From Camelus dromedarius (lineage: Eukaryota), in assembly GCF_036321535.1 (NCBI RefSeq), contig NC_087459.1:9362001-9426000 (forward strand): a stretch of DNA of 64,000 nucleotides. Reading direction: 5' to 3'. The position numbers and the translations under genes were made by a program. Shown one piece after another: positions 61,726 to 64,000 of this stretch. Position 1 is the stretch's first letter. Each line of letters starts with the position of its first letter. The notes under the pieces are model-generated. The model worked only from the letters and a program-made list of their open reading frames with translations. It was not told where the DNA came from and did no database searches.

Positions 61726-61894
61726 GAGGCTAGGAGGGAGGGGCCAGGTGACGGGAGCAGGGGAGGGAGGGAGAGGAGCAGCTGGGGGTGTGGCCTGGTG
61801 AGGCCCAGGAAGGGAGCCGGGAGGTGCTGGCATGGGGGTGGGGCGCGGCAAACACGGGAGGAGCTAGGGTGAGGAGCAGGCATGCTGGCCACAA

Positions 61895-61900
61895 ATTAAA
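61895..61900 (+). terminator. Candidate ZNF205 polyadenylation signal (ATTAAA)
   Basis: ATTAAA 170 nt after the stop codon. Confidence 0.55.
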
Positions 61901-64000
61901 GGCCTTGGAATTCAAGCCACAGCCTATAGCTCTGTCTCCTGGGGCCCTGGAGGCTGACCCTGGACTTGGGGGTGGAGGGTGAGGGGAACTCCTGGGTCAA
62001 CCATGCATCTTCACTCAGCCATCACTGAGTCATCCCTCTGGGGGCTTGGACAGCTTCCTCCCTTGCCTTGACCTACCTAGGGACCCATTCCAGATTCTAC
62101 AGGCCAAGGCTTCTGAGCACAGAGGTTTCCAAACCCGAAGCCCGCTAGCCACTTCTGAAATCGTGGACTCCCGGTGGGGTGGTCTGCTGGTGTTGTCACT
62201 CTCCTCCCAGAGGCATTGCCCGCTGAGCTCTGGACCCTCCCTTGGCTCTTCTCTTTGGGAGCCAGGAGCAGGGCAGAGCCAGCATGAGAATTCATGTTGA
62301 GTGTCTCCTGCCTACCCTGTCTCCTGTCTCAGGCACCAGGGCCTGCATTTTGTGACTGGTCATTTTAATCTGCGTCCACTGGGGCTCAGCTGTAAGCCAG
62401 CGAGGCTTTCTCACTTACTAGGAACCACTGCCCCTCCTGGTCCTTTCTCAGGCTGCTGCCAGCTCCCTCTGCTACTTTTCACCTTCTTGGCCTCTGTCCT
62501 TTATAATTTGCCCTACCCACCCCTGCCTATCTGTCTCACTCCTGGCTTTCTGTATTTTTACCTCTGTAGCTTCCCATTCTCTCATGTTTCCTGGGGAGGG
62601 TGGGCTCAGCCTGCTTATTATTCTAGATTTGCTGGTCAGCTCTTAAGATTACATTCAGTTCTGATGCCAGCTGACTGTGAGGATGTCTGCATTGGGGAGG
62701 CTGCTAGGACCCCACCTGTCTCTGCGGATCACAGGGCCTGCAGGGCGTTCGCAGCCCTGGTTGGCTCCCAGCCCCTAAGGGATGAAATGGCTTGAGCAGG
62801 ACTGAGACAGTAATAACAGCTGCCAGTCATGGAGCAGCTGCCCTGCCAGGCATGGGGCCAAGCACCATATATGTATACGTCACCTTAACTCTCTGCACCT
62901 CTGAGCAGTGGGTTTTATCTGTCTTATGCATGAGGAAGCAAGTTGAGAAGTCCAATAACTTGCCCAAAGTCATTCAACCAGACAGCTGGAAGCTAGGATT
63001 CAGGTCCGGGACTTTTATCCTGTAAAGAATATCTCTGTTTCCATGCACCCCAACAGCTATTGACTGTCTAATTAGTGCATGACATTATGAAGCAGGGCTG
63101 TCTAAAAAGAGTAAGGTGAACAGTAGAGTTGACCTTCAGGGGCATTGGACTCAGCTGGAGATTGAGGGGTGATGTAATCAGCTGGTTGCCAGGAAGCTGC
63201 TGACTAGTGGGGGCCCAGGCAGGACTCGGTAATGTCTAGGGTTGGGCTGCTGGCAGGAGTGGTTGAACTGGTTGGCTCTTTCTTGAAGAGGTGAGAAAAA
63301 AAGCAGTTTCTTCCCTCCAGCTTGTCTTCATGGCAAGGGTCACTCATCCAGAAATGGGGTTTCTCTACTTGGTTCAGTGTGAGGGCCTGAGGGGGTCTTG
63401 TTCACATAAAGCGGGCTCACTGCTTCCAGGAGCTTGTCTTCTGATGCAGAGAGACAGAGTGAGAAAGGCTTGTTAAAACCAACTAGGAACTGTCATCACT
63501 TGGCTGAGTGGAGCACAGAGTACTCATTAGCACAGTGGGTATTCACCTGCCTTGATTTCAGTTCCTTGGGCCACGTGGCCCTTGTGTTAGAACTCGAACT
63601 GCTTGGAGGTCTGTCAAGTGAGCCAGGGAGCCATTTAAAGTCTTTGCTCTGGCTTCTGAGGAGCTCAGAGACCACAACATCCAGGAGAAACTGTGTCCCC
63701 CTTTCCATAGCACAGTGCAGAGGGGCCTGATTCCAAGGGTGCCATGAGTCTCTGTCCTCTTCTCCCTAGAGATCCATCCAGAGGCCACCATTCTGAGATA
63801 GATCTGGCTAGAGAGTTTTAAGAGTGGCACTTGGCAGTTTGGGAAATATTTGACAAAAACAGTTAAGACTGAGGAGGTAGCTGGAGCATCGTGGAAGAAC
63901 CTAGACTGGCAGGCTGGATGGTGTTCATGATTTGGCGGGGTGATGGAACATCACTGAGCTGGGCTGGGGGTGGGGAGGACTCTAGAGAAAGGTTTTGGTG

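Noticed and set aside
1-64000. CRISPR arrays, rRNA or prokaryotic-type systems
   Set aside because: The sequence is intron-containing mammalian DNA; no regularly spaced repeat-spacer arrays or rRNA motifs were seen.

Overview
Mammalian genomic DNA, most likely a camelid (alpaca/camel): at least nine copies of a tRNA-derived SINE resembling the camelid Vic-1 family are present. The draft assembly has four N gaps. The gene order matches the human 16p13.3 block. Four intact multi-exon genes were reconstructed by hand with splice sites and reading frame checked: MMP25 (+, 10 coding exons, 560 aa), IL32 (+, 6 coding exons, 162 aa), ZSCAN10 (-, 5 coding exons, 784 aa) and ZNF205 (+, 6 coding exons, about 548-552 aa). 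A CpG-rich stretch at the left edge is probably the 5' end of the neighbouring minus-strand gene (BICDL2 by synteny). The 2.6-14.9 kb interval is a nested transposon block (L1, MLT LTRs, ERV1-type solo LTR, decayed ERVL/MaLR pol). I found no evidence of a wholly new biological system. The best leads are gene-level: an IL32 that cannot make the gamma isoform and stops before the RGD tail, a GC-AG intron in MMP25, conflicting donors at the ZNF205 penultimate exon that could yield a KRAB-only protein, and unexplained exon-like signals at two CpG islands. Comparisons with human sequences are from memory and need alignment to confirm.
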